A DNA stretch of 38,058 nt, taken from positions 1 through 38,058 of the forward strand of contig JALUTT010000087.1 in assembly GCA_027021705.1 (NCBI GenBank), read 5' to 3'. The stretch is from Anaerolineae bacterium. GTDB taxonomy: Bacteria > Chloroflexota > Anaerolineae > S140-20. A program made the translations under genes and the position numbers. Positions 1 through 9,300 of the stretch are shown here, one piece after another. Under the pieces are notes generated by a model. It did not search any database and was not told where the DNA came from. It saw nothing but the letters and a program-made list of their open reading frames with translations. Within the stretch, counting starts at the first letter, position 1, and each line of letters opens with the position of its first letter.

Positions 1-540
1 GAACTGGACGAGCCCCACCCGCCAGACGCCCAGCAAATCCGCCTCCCCCTGAAGGACCTTGCGCACGAAGGGGGTGTTGGTCAGGCTGATGGGGCCTACC
101 GCCGGCAGTACGCGCAGCTCTGCTCGCCGGACCGGGTCTCGCTCGTAGCCCAGCACCAGTTCACCCTGCTCGTCCAGGAAGAGGATGTAGCTCTCGCCGG
201 TGTCAGAGTTGGCGATGATGGCATGGGCCAGAGCATCCAGGGCGGTGGCGTCCCGCCGGGCCAGGGCCTGGGGCAGGTTCTCCGCGTAGGCCAGTTGGCG
301 GAGCAGGGCAAGCTGTTCGTCTTCGAATTCGGCCACGCCACCGAGGGTGACCTGGGCGGTGTCTCTCAACTGGTTGTGCAGCCGCTCGGCGTGGGAGCCG
401 GCGACGAGGAATTGGGTGACGGCGGTACCGATGACGGCCATCAAGAGGGTCAGGGTGAGGTAAGGGAGGATGATACGAGCGCGGATGCTGGCCAGCCACT
501 GGCGTGTTTCTGCCCACACGCCCTTCCATCCCACATCCAT
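1..540 (-). CDS. Membrane sensor/signalling protein, N-terminal part (TM helix plus extracellular Cache-like region); runs off the window
   Basis: Not in the ORF track; translated by hand. ATG at 540 follows GGAGGAG and the frame is open to base 1: MDVGWKGVWAETRQWLASIRARIILPYLTLTLLMAVIGTAVTQFLVAG...; this layout is typical of HAMP-containing sensors. Confidence 0.7.
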   Translation of the reverse strand, partial: MDVGWKGVWAETRQWLASIRARIILPYLTLTLLMAVIGTAVTQFLVAGSHAERLHNQLRDTAQVTLGGVAEFEDEQLALLRQLAYAENLPQALARRDATALDALAHAIIANSDTGESYILFLDEQGELVLGYERDPVRRAELRVLPAVGPISLTNTPFVRKVLQGEADLLGVWRVGLVQF

Positions 541-623
541 TGTGCGCTCCTCCTGGAGGGCTTGTCCCTCCAATACAAACGAGCTTCCTCCTTATCGCCA
601 GTTCTATACGGGCTGAGAGCGAT

Positions 624-2831
624 TCACCCCACTTTCTCCAAACGAGCGAAACTCACCAACAGCCGCTTGGTTCCCACCTCCTCGAAGTTGACGGTCACCT
701 CTTCGTCGCTGCCGCTGGCCCGGCTCTCCAGCACCACCCCCTCACCGAAGGTGGGATGGCGCACCCGCTGGCCGGGCCGGAACTGCAGCGCCGGCGGTGG
801 AGCGGGCCGGGACGACGCCCCCGACCAGGCCAGCATCTCCTTGAAAGCGCCGACACCACCACCGGCTCCTCCCCCGGCCCCCGGATGGTGCCCCACCACC
901 AACTCGCCGGGGATGTCCTCCAGGAAACGGGAGGGCCGGGCGAGCTCCGACTGCCCCCAGACGGTGCGCCGGAAGGCCCGGGTCAGGTAGAGGCGATCCT
1001 TGGCCCGGGTGATGCCCACGTAGAAGAGCCGTCGCTCCTCCGCCATCTCCTCCGGGTCCTCGAAGGCGTGCTGGTGGGGCAGCAGCCCCTCCTCCAGACC
1101 GGTGATGAAGACGGCACGGAACTCCAATCCCTTGGCGCTGTGGAGGGTCAGCAGCGTCGGCGCGTCCGCCGTCTCCTCCAGATTGTCCACGTCGGAGACG
1201 AGGGCCACGTCGGCCAGGAAGTCGGTCAGGGTGAGGTGAGCGTAGTCGGCGGCCACGTTGCGCAGTTCCAGGATGTTGGCCCAGCGCTCCCGCCCCTCCT
1301 CGCTGCCATCCTGGACGTAGGCAGCGTACCCGGATTCCTCTAGGATGCGGCGGATCAGCTCGGCGACGGTGAGCCCCTCGGCCGCTTCGATCCAGCCCTG
1401 CACCAGCCCGGTGAAAGCGGCCAGTGCCCGCCGCGCCCGCGCCCCCAGGCCGGCAGGGGGCGGCCCCTCCTCGTCGCCGCGCACCCGCCGCAGCAGCGTC
1501 CAGACCGGCACGCCCTCCCGATGGGCCGTCTGCTCCAGCCAGGCCAACGTCTTGGCCCCGATGCCGCGCGGAGGCACGTTGATGATGCGCCGCATGCTCA
1601 CCCAGTCCGTCGGCGTGTGGACGACCCGCAGGTAGGCCAACAGGTCCTTGATCTCCCGCCGCTGGTAGAAGCGGGTGGCCCCCACCAGCCGGTAGGGCAT
1701 CCCCGCCTGGACGAAGGCTTCCTCCAGGGCACGGGATTGGGCGTTGGTCCGGTACATCACCGCGCACTCGCCAGGCCGGATGCCCTCCTCGCGGGCCAGC
1801 CGGGCGATGGTCTCCACGACGTAGCGGGCCTCGTCGTCCTCGTTGTAGGCTTCGTGGACGACGATCTTCGGCCCCCGGCCCCGCCGGGTGAAGAGAGCCT
1901 TCTCCACCCGGTTCGGGTTGGGGCGGATGACCGCCTGGGCCGCCTCCAGGATCGTCTCGGTGGAGCGGTAGTTCTGCTCCAGCAGGTAGAGGCGGACCTG
2001 GGGGAAGTCCTGGCGGAAGCGGAGCAGGTTGCGGTAGTCGGCTCCCCGCCACAGGTAGACGCTCTGGTCCTCGTCGCCCACACAGAAGACGTTGTGGTGC
2101 CTCCCACCCAGCAGCCGCAGCAGCGCGTACTGGGCCGTGTTCGTGTCCTGGAACTCGTCCACCAGGATCTGCTGGTAGCGCTCCTGGTAGCGGGCCAGCA
2201 CCGAGGGGTGCTCCTGGAAGAGCTGGACCGTCAGCATCAGCAGGTCGGCGAAGTCCAGCCCATCGTTGTCCCGCAGCGTGCGCTGGTAGAGCTCGTAGAC
2301 CCGGCGGACGATCTCAGCATAGTAGGTAGAGGTGGTGTAGGCTTCCGGGGGGATCAGCTCCTGCTTCGCCTTGGCGATGGCCTGGCGCAGAGCGGCCGGC
2401 GCGTACTTCTTCTCATCCAGGTTCAGCGTCCTGAGCACCTGCTTGATGAGGGCGATCTGGTCGGCCGCATCGAAGATGACGTAGTTGCGGCTGAGGCCCA
2501 GGACCTCCGCCTCCCGGCGCAGGATGCGGGCACAGGTGGCGTGAAAGGTGCCCACCGTCAGGCGGCGGACATCGGCGGGGCTCAACAGCGCCTCCAGCCG
2601 TTCGCGCATCTCCCGGGCCGCCTTGTTGGTGAAGGTGACGGCCATAATCCGGTAAGGGGAGAAGCCCCGCTCCCGCACCAGGTAGGCCACCCGGTGGGTC
2701 AGGACGCGGGTCTTGCCGCTGCCGGGACCGGCCAGCACCAGCACCGGCCCGTCGGGGGCGGTCACCGCCGCCCGCTGCTGGGGGTTCAAGCCGTTCAGGA
2801 TGGGTGAAGGGTCAACGGATGGTGATAGCAT
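624..2831 (-). CDS. pcrA: ATP-dependent DNA helicase PcrA/UvrD (SF1)
   Basis: LAGPGSGKT, TFTNKAA, VDEFQD, VGDEDQSVY, LEQNYRST, TLHSAKGLEF, EERRLFYVGITRA; C-terminal Tudor-like domain (GQRVRHPTFGEG). Confidence 0.96.
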   Translation of the reverse strand: MLSPSVDPSPILNGLNPQQRAAVTAPDGPVLVLAGPGSGKTRVLTHRVAYLVRERGFSPYRIMAVTFTNKAAREMRERLEALLSPADVRRLTVGTFHATCARILRREAEVLGLSRNYVIFDAADQIALIKQVLRTLNLDEKKYAPAALRQAIAKAKQELIPPEAYTTSTYYAEIVRRVYELYQRTLRDNDGLDFADLLMLTVQLFQEHPSVLARYQERYQQILVDEFQDTNTAQYALLRLLGGRHHNVFCVGDEDQSVYLWRGADYRNLLRFRQDFPQVRLYLLEQNYRSTETILEAAQAVIRPNPNRVEKALFTRRGRGPKIVVHEAYNEDDEARYVVETIARLAREEGIRPGECAVMYRTNAQSRALEEAFVQAGMPYRLVGATRFYQRREIKDLLAYLRVVHTPTDWVSMRRIINVPPRGIGAKTLAWLEQTAHREGVPVWTLLRRVRGDEEGPPPAGLGARARRALAAFTGLVQGWIEAAEGLTVAELIRRILEESGYAAYVQDGSEEGRERWANILELRNVAADYAHLTLTDFLADVALVSDVDNLEETADAPTLLTLHSAKGLEFRAVFITGLEEGLLPHQHAFEDPEEMAEERRLFYVGITRAKDRLYLTRAFRRTVWGQSELARPSRFLEDIPGELVVGHHPGAGGGAGGGVGAFKEMLAWSGASSRPAPPPALQFRPGQRVRHPTFGEGVVLESRASGSDEEVTVNFEEVGTKRLLVSFARLEKVG

Positions 2832-2854
2832 CCCTCGTGGTCCTTATTCCATAG

Positions 2855-2910
2855 TGCGTGTTATGGGCTTCGTGGTGCGTGTCGCGCAGTTCATGCAATA
2901 CGCAACACGC
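2855..2910. repeat. Degenerate heptamer repeats (TGCGTGT / TACGCAA type) forming an imperfect intergenic inverted repeat
   Basis: tgcgtgt...tgcgtgtcgcgcagttcatgcaatacgcaacacgc; GCGTGT (2877) pairs with ACACGC (2905). Confidence 0.45.
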
Positions 2911-2918
2911 TTTATGCC

Positions 2919-3896
2919 TCACTCCTCGATCCCCCACCAGTACATATCGGCCAGCTTCTGGTGCTCCTCCCGCAGGCGGGCGTAGCTTTCGTAGCGGCTG
3001 GGGTGGATGCGCCCTTCGGCCACCGCCTGGCGGACGGCACAGCCGGGCTCGTGGAGGTGGGTGCAGTCGGAGAACTCGCAGTCGGCGACCAGGGGAGCGA
3101 TCTCCACGAAGTAGGCATCCAGCTCCTCCGGGTCTATCTCGTAGAGGGCGAAGGCCCGGATGCCCGGCGTGTCGGCCACCCAGCCCCCACCCTCCAGGGC
3201 CACCAGTTCGGGGACGACGGTGGTGTGACGGCCCTTGCCCGTGGCCCGGCTCACCTCCCCCACCTCCTTGCCCAATCCCGGCTGGATGGCGTTGAGGAGG
3301 CTGCTCTTCCCCGCCCCTGAGGGGCCGGCGAAAACGCTCAGTTGCCCCCGGATCGCCTCCCGCAGGGCGTCCACGCCCTCACCGGTCAGGGCGCAGGTGT
3401 AGTAGACCGGGTAGCCGATCTCCTCGTAAAGGCCGAAGATCTCGCGGGCCTGCTCCGGCCCCGTCAGGTCCACCTTGTTGGCGACGATGAGGGCCGGGAT
3501 TTCCTGGACCTCGGCCACCACCAGCAGCCGGTCCAGCATCCGCAGGTTGGGGTCCGGCTGGGCGCAGGCGAAGACGAAGACGACCAGGTCAGGGTTGGCG
3601 ACGATCACTTGCTCTCGCTCGGCCAGGTAGCCGTCCCGATCCCACCGGCGGAGGCCGCTGGGACGGGGGGCCAGCCGGGAGAGGGCCCGCTCGCGGGGCA
3701 GGACCTCTTCGACGACGCCGGTGCCGTCGGGCACGAGGGAGACGCGGACCCGGTCGCCCACGGCGATCAGGTCCGTGTCCAGTCGGCGCTTCTTGAGCCG
3801 TCCCCGCAGCCGGCAGACGACGGGCTCTGGCCGGTCGTCCAGCTTGACGGTGAAGAAGCCGCTCTGCGCTTTGATGACCGTTCCGGTGTGGGGCAT
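2919..3896 (-). CDS. rsgA: Ribosome small subunit-dependent GTPase A
   Basis: OB fold, circularly permuted GTPase (NKVD, GPSGAGKSS, GRHTT, DTPG) and Zn finger CEFSDCTHLHEPGC; start moved to ATG 3896 (MPHTGTVIK) after GAGGT. Confidence 0.95.
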   Translation of the reverse strand: MPHTGTVIKAQSGFFTVKLDDRPEPVVCRLRGRLKKRRLDTDLIAVGDRVRVSLVPDGTGVVEEVLPRERALSRLAPRPSGLRRWDRDGYLAEREQVIVANPDLVVFVFACAQPDPNLRMLDRLLVVAEVQEIPALIVANKVDLTGPEQAREIFGLYEEIGYPVYYTCALTGEGVDALREAIRGQLSVFAGPSGAGKSSLLNAIQPGLGKEVGEVSRATGKGRHTTVVPELVALEGGGWVADTPGIRAFALYEIDPEELDAYFVEIAPLVADCEFSDCTHLHEPGCAVRQAVAEGRIHPSRYESYARLREEHQKLADMYWWGIEE

Positions 3897-3922
3897 AGGC
3901 GGACCTCGGAGGTTCAAACTCC

Positions 3923-3957
3923 CCCTCCCGCAGGCTGGACCGGGACCTGCAGGAGGG
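3923..3957. repeat. REP-like hairpin in the rsgA leader
   Basis: CCCTCCCGCAGG-11 nt-CCTGCAGGAGGG; the same arms occur at 24430-24441 and 24513-24524. Confidence 0.6.
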
Positions 3958-3973
3958 CGTCGGCGTCGTTGGG

Positions 3974-4002
3974 AGTTTACCCGCAAATCGGGTCTCTGTC
4001 AA
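3974..4002 (-). promoter_or_regulatory. Sigma70-type promoter for rsgA(-pcrA)
   Basis: TTGACA-17 nt-TAAACT on the minus strand. Confidence 0.8.
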
Positions 4003-4011
4003 ACCCCGACC

Positions 4012-5868
4012 TCACCTCCCCCGTCGCACCCAGACCAGGCCCACGACCAGCAGCGTCAGGGCCGGTCCCAGCCAGCCCCTCGGCAGCCCGGCTTGGGCCG
4101 AGGGCCGTCCCAGCGTCGCCTCCAGCGCCGCCACCCGCGCCTCCAGGTCGGCGTTCTGGCGCTGCAGCGCTTCGATCTGAGCCTGCTGGGCAGCCACCTG
4201 CTGCTCCAGCGCCTGGTTGCGGGCGTACAACGCTTGGATGGAAGCCAAGGCCACGCCGTCGGCGTCCACCGTGGCGATGTGCCGATCGTCCGCCCCCAGA
4301 CCGAAGGTGGCGTAGAAGTCCTGGGCCGTCGGCCCCAGGTGGCGGACTGTGGCTTCTTCTGCCTTGTAGTTCCAGCTCTGGATGGGCAGGCGGGCCACCC
4401 CCTCCAGCACCGCCTGGGCGTCCACCAGGGCGAAGTTTTCCTTGAGGTTGCGGTCCGAGGCGTTGGTCCACGTGCCGCCGGTGGTCAGATAGGCACCGGT
4501 GGAGGTGCTGATGAAGACTCCCCCGCTGATCGTGGGCGTGAAGTGACCGGTGACGTCTCCAAACCAGATGCCGCCCGGCGCGCGGACGAGGAATTGCCCG
4601 TTGTCGGAAGAGTACAGGTCATAGGCCGACGCCTCCCCATCCCAGACGAAAGCGCCTTGGTGCCGCGCGTGGGCCTGGTGGCCGGCGGCAAAGCTGTTCT
4701 TCCCCTTGGCTTCGTTGGCGTAACCGCCGGGCACGACGGCGTACTGACCGTTGGCCGTATTGCCGTACCCCCCGCCGATCACGGCGTAGGAGCCATAGAA
4801 GGTGATGTTGTTGTTGTAGCCCCCACCCACGAAGGCGTAGGAGCCGCCGGCGTCGTTGGCGTACCCTCCAACGATGGCCGCGCGGAAGCCGTCGGCGGTG
4901 TTCAAATAGCCCCCGCCCACCGTGGCGGCGGTACCGCTGGCCGTGTTGCTTCGCCCCCCGCCTACGGTGGCGTAGGGCGCGTCGCTCGTCGTCCCGGCGT
5001 CATCACCGGCCCGGTTGTTGTACCCCCCACCCACCGTGCCGTGGTCGTCGGTCACCCGGTTGGTCCCGCCGGCCGATCCGCCGCCGCCGATGGTGGCCCC
5101 CTTCACCCCGGCCGTCACGCGGTTGTCGCCGTAGCCGCCGATCACGTTAGGCGTGTTGCCCGTCGGCTCCAACCGCAGGGCGGCGGTGCCGCTCACCGCC
5201 AGCGTGAGGGTCACGTTGTCCGTCGTGCCCAGGAAGTGGGTGCCGGGCAGGGTGCCGCCGTTGCCCTCCAGCTTCCAGTAGCGACCGTCGGTGTAGCCGG
5301 TGTCCAGGCTCAAGGTCATGCTCCCGCTCAGGGTCAACCCCGTTCCGGCGCTGTAGGTGGTGTCGTCATCGCCGTCGTCCAGGCCCGCCGGCCGTCCCGT
5401 GATGTCGTTCCAGGCCACGCTGCCCGCGCCGAGGGCGTAGAGGGCATAGGGGGCCGCCGTCAGCGGCTGCCGTGGGCTTAAGGTGGTGTAATTTCCCGTG
5501 CTGCTCCCCGGCCGCACGGCCACCTCCAGCCACAAGGCCCTCCCGTCGAACACGTTCCCGAAGTCCAGCTCCACGGTGAAGAGGCCATCGCTCACGGACA
5601 CGTCGTCCAGCGTCACCGTGCTCCCCACCTGGTTTCCGCCGAAGCTGGCATCGTAGAGCAGGAAGCGGAAATCGTAGGCTCCGTTGGCAGGGCCGTTCCC
5701 GTCGTTGAGCACCCCCTGATAGGTGAAGGCCGTGCCCAAGGCGGCCTGAGGTTGAGCCACACCCAGCGGATCCGGGTCCTGCCCTCGCACAATGGGTGCT
5801 ACCCCCAGCAGTATCCCGGTGAGTCCTCCTCCCAACAGAACCAACAGCAGCAGGTATCGAATGCGCAT
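4012..5868 (-). CDS. Secreted Gly-rich beta-helix/fibre protein with peptidase S74 (intramolecular chaperone) domain, coiled coil and C-terminal TM anchor
   Basis: Start at ATG 5868 (MRIRYLLLL, signal peptide) after AGGAGG; FTYQG N-domain; repeated (A/T)VGGGxxN units; SDRNLKENF...RHLGPTAQDF; heptad region; hydrophobic tail ending VRRGR. Confidence 0.85.
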   Translation of the reverse strand: MRIRYLLLLVLLGGGLTGILLGVAPIVRGQDPDPLGVAQPQAALGTAFTYQGVLNDGNGPANGAYDFRFLLYDASFGGNQVGSTVTLDDVSVSDGLFTVELDFGNVFDGRALWLEVAVRPGSSTGNYTTLSPRQPLTAAPYALYALGAGSVAWNDITGRPAGLDDGDDDTTYSAGTGLTLSGSMTLSLDTGYTDGRYWKLEGNGGTLPGTHFLGTTDNVTLTLAVSGTAALRLEPTGNTPNVIGGYGDNRVTAGVKGATIGGGGSAGGTNRVTDDHGTVGGGYNNRAGDDAGTTSDAPYATVGGGRSNTASGTAATVGGGYLNTADGFRAAIVGGYANDAGGSYAFVGGGYNNNITFYGSYAVIGGGYGNTANGQYAVVPGGYANEAKGKNSFAAGHQAHARHQGAFVWDGEASAYDLYSSDNGQFLVRAPGGIWFGDVTGHFTPTISGGVFISTSTGAYLTTGGTWTNASDRNLKENFALVDAQAVLEGVARLPIQSWNYKAEEATVRHLGPTAQDFYATFGLGADDRHIATVDADGVALASIQALYARNQALEQQVAAQQAQIEALQRQNADLEARVAALEATLGRPSAQAGLPRGWLGPALTLLVVGLVWVRRGR

Positions 5869-5903
5869 CTGACCTGTCCTCCTTTCCCTGACTAACAGCT
5901 TCC

Positions 5904-6200
5904 TCACTTCTGGATCAAAGGCAGGAATATCTCGTACACGATGGACGCCGCCCGCGCCCAAAAGCCGCCCTGTAGGGAGAGACTCCCATCGCTCAGGGGC
6001 GGGCCGGCGTCCGCCTGGCCCACGGTTCCGTGCAAGGTGTAGCTCCCATCGCTGCTCATCCCGCCGCCTCCGTCCACCGTCCACCAGGGGAGGTCGAAGG
6101 CAACCGGGGTGGCCAGCGCCGTGAGCACAGAACCGAGCACCAACAGCCCCATCAGTAGCAGGGGTAGGATGTAGCCGACTCTCCGTAGTTTCATCCTCAT
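5904..6200 (-). CDS. Small secreted protein (WWTVDGGG...GQADAG...GGFW family) with IFLPLIQK C-terminal motif
   Basis: ATG 6200 after AAGGAGG; signal peptide; the C-terminal motif resembles the Chloroflexi YLPLV-type tail. Confidence 0.8.
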   Translation of the reverse strand: MRMKLRRVGYILPLLLMGLLVLGSVLTALATPVAFDLPWWTVDGGGGMSSDGSYTLHGTVGQADAGPPLSDGSLSLQGGFWARAASIVYEIFLPLIQK

Positions 6201-6308
6201 CGCTCCCTCCTTGGTCCATCCTACAAAGGGGGATTTCGTCACCCTTCCGGGGGGTACGCGGTATCTGCCGGCGGTGACCGCCGGCCTGCTCCGGGCCATC
6301 CGGGGACC

Positions 6309-9300
6309 TCACAAGGAAGTCGGGGGCGTCCGTCGCCGAGGAGAAGGCCCCTCTCGGGGGGTGACGAAGGATCCGGCTTTCTCCACCAACCGGGTTGCCT
6401 GTTGTTGCAGCCGCTTAAAACGCTGTCGGAGCCGGTCCGCCGGCTCGTCCTGGATGCTGACGAAGAAAGGATCGGTGGGACGAGGGGACCGGAGGTGGGT
6501 CTTCGCGATCCGCACCAGAGCCGTCCAAGGGTAGCCGTGTCGCCTCAGTCCAAGCATCGCGGCCATGTCGAAGGCAGCGGGGTAGGTCCCTTGGTCAAAC
6601 AAGTCGGGCTGCTGAGCCAGCGCCAGCTCCACCAGCGCTGCGTCCAGCAGCAGCCGGGCAGCCCGGACCGCCAGGGCGCTGCGCCCGGCCTCGTCCAGCC
6701 GCGCCTGGAAGGTCTGCAGGGCGGTCCATTCGGCCTCGACAAGCCGCTCCAGGTCGCGCCGGGCGGTTTCCACCGCTCCTTCCGACCAGTCGCCTGCCGG
6801 TTCTGGGGCCTCCAGGGCGGCCTGCAGGTCCGTCAGGCGGTCCAGCCGGCGGGGTCGTCCGGCAGCGTCCAAGGCGTAGTAAGCCACCCGGGGGAGAGGG
6901 GTCTCCACCCGAAGGCGTAGAACGCGACCCGGAGTGGTCGTGTCCCCGTCGGGCGATGGCACCTGGGCCAGGAGGGACGCCAACAAGGGGTTGCCGAAGG
7001 TGAGCAACTGCAACGTGTTGGGATGGGCGTCGAAGGTGGCCGGGTCGAAGGTGACGGCGACCTCCCGTTCCCCCTGCCGCAGCCAGAAGGCGTTGGCGAT
7101 GGTCTCGTGGGGGCGGAAGAGAGGACACAGCGTCGGCGTGCTCGTCAGCACGGTCGCCAGATCCGGTAGGGTGACGGGTGGGGGGCCGAGTCCGGTGCCC
7201 TCCGCCTGTCCGGCCCATTCGTCCAGGTTCAGGCCATCCCGTATGGCGTCCAGTTCGGTCTGGATGCGCTCCAGCTCGGCCTGGAGCGCTTGCCGACGTT
7301 CGGCCTCCGGCACCATCGCCACCGTCTCGATCACGCGCTCTACGCGGGCGAGGATGGGCTGGAGGGGCCCCACCACCTCATGGAACCAGGCGATGCGCCG
7401 GGAGAGGGCCTGGTAGACTTGAGCTTCGACGGTGCCTTCGTAGAAGTAGTTGCGGATCCACACCCGATCGTACCGCTGGCCGATGCGGTCCACGCGCCCG
7501 ATGCGCTGCTCCACCCGCATCGGGTTCCAAGGCATATCGTAGTTGAGCAGCACACCACAGGTCTGCAGGTTGAGCCCCTCGCTGGCCGCTTCGGTGCACA
7601 GGAGGATTTTGATCCCCTTTCCCTCGCGGAAGGTGTTCTTGATCTCCTCCTTGGTCACCGGCACCCACGTCACGCCGTCCCACCGCTCGCCCCCGCGACC
7701 GCTGTAGCAGGCCACTTGGGGGCCATAGCTCTGCCGAAGCCGCTCGCGCAGGAAGTCCATCGTGTCGGTGTACTGGGTGAAGATGAGCACCGTATCGCGG
7801 TGGCGGAAGAGCTCGCGCAGGTCGTCCAACAACCGCTCGACTTTGGAGTCGTGCCCTCCCAGCATGGCCAGCTCGTGGACGAAGTCCTCGAGGTAGGTGA
7901 TCTCCTCGCGGAAGAAGGCGCGATCCGCCAGGTCCCACTCATCCACATCCAGGCTCAACTCCGCCTGCTCCAGGTCGTCCTCCACCAACCCCAGGCCGGC
8001 CCGCCCGCGCAGGAAATCCAGCCGCCGCTCCAGGCTCCGCTGGACGGCGTAGAAACTGCTGGTCAGCCGCCGGCGGTAGACGGTCATCACGAAGCCCAGC
8101 CCTTTTCGTTCGTCCTCGTACTTGCGGTAGAAGCGGGTGATATACTCCTCAATCCGCTCGTAGAGGGCCCGTTCCTCCCCGCGCATCGGGACCCATATCG
8201 GCTGAGGATCGCGGGTGGGCACTTCGGCCCGGAGCAGACCCCGACGGGCGTATTCCCGCAGCAGTTGCCGCGTGTTGCGAAGGACGAGCCGGCGCAGCGG
8301 GGTGTGTCGCCGGGCCAACTCCAGGGCGACCGCTTTCGCCTCAGAGGGCAGGGCGCGGAAGGCTCTGGCGGGATTGGAATCGTCCAACAGGTTCTGCACC
8401 CGTTCCCAGTCCACCGGCCCCAACTGCCGCACGGCCTTGGCCTCGAAGCGGGGATCCAGGTTGCCGCCGCTCTGGGCCAACTCCGCCCGCAGGAGCCGGA
8501 TGAGGAAGGTCCAGTCGGCTCTGTCCGGGGGGAGGCGTAGCTGCTCGTAGAAGCGCAGGAAGGCCCGTCCATCGCCCCCCCACTCGCCGCCCAGGCCCAA
8601 CAGGTTGAGCAGGTCCCACACCTCGATGGGGTGGACCTGCATCGGGGTGGCGGTCAACAGGATGAGGCCCCGGGTGCGGGTCTGCAACCGGTCGAGCAGC
8701 TCCAGCAGCCGGTTGGGCCGGTAGTGGTCCAGGTCCTGGAAGTCCCGACGCCGGGCGTGGTGGGCCTCGTCCACGATCACCAGGTCCCACGGACGAGCCT
8801 CCAGGAGTGTCCGCTGCCGGTCGCGCCGCTTGACCAACTGGCTGGAGGCCAGGGCCAGGTCCACGCCATCCCACGGGTTCGGTGTGGTGGGCACATGCTC
8901 CCGGCCCCAGAGATCTCGAAAGGTGGCTCCGTCGTAGAGGGGAACGTTGAGGGCGAACTTCTCGTACAGCTCTTCCTGCCACTGGCGCAGCACCGATTTG
9001 GGGGCCAGGATGAGGGCCCGCCGCACGATGCCGCTCAGCCAGAGCTGGCGCAACACCAGCCCGGCCTCGATGGTCTTGCCCAGGCCGACCTCGTCGGCCA
9101 GCAGGTAGCGGGTGGGGAACGTCTCCACCACCCGACGGGCGACGGCCTGCTGATGGGGCCAGGGGGTGATGGCACAGGTGGCTGCTCCCAGCCCCAACGC
9201 GCCGACCAGATAGGGGGCGTCACGGAGGAACCGGCACAGCACCTGCTCCCGCCGCAGGGCCGAGGTCAGCGTGATCTGGGCCACGCGCTCGCGAAGCGGT

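Noticed and set aside
3721..5481. 586-aa plus-strand ORF and the other plus-strand ORFs in the track
   Set aside because: All overlap well-supported minus-strand genes and have shadow-like composition.
4012..5868. Prophage tail gene
   Set aside because: It has a signal peptide and TM anchor, and there are no phage genes in the window.
5869..6312. 148-aa N-terminal extension of the S74 protein in the ORF track
   Set aside because: It overlaps the real 5904-6200 gene; the RBS and signal peptide point to ATG 5868.
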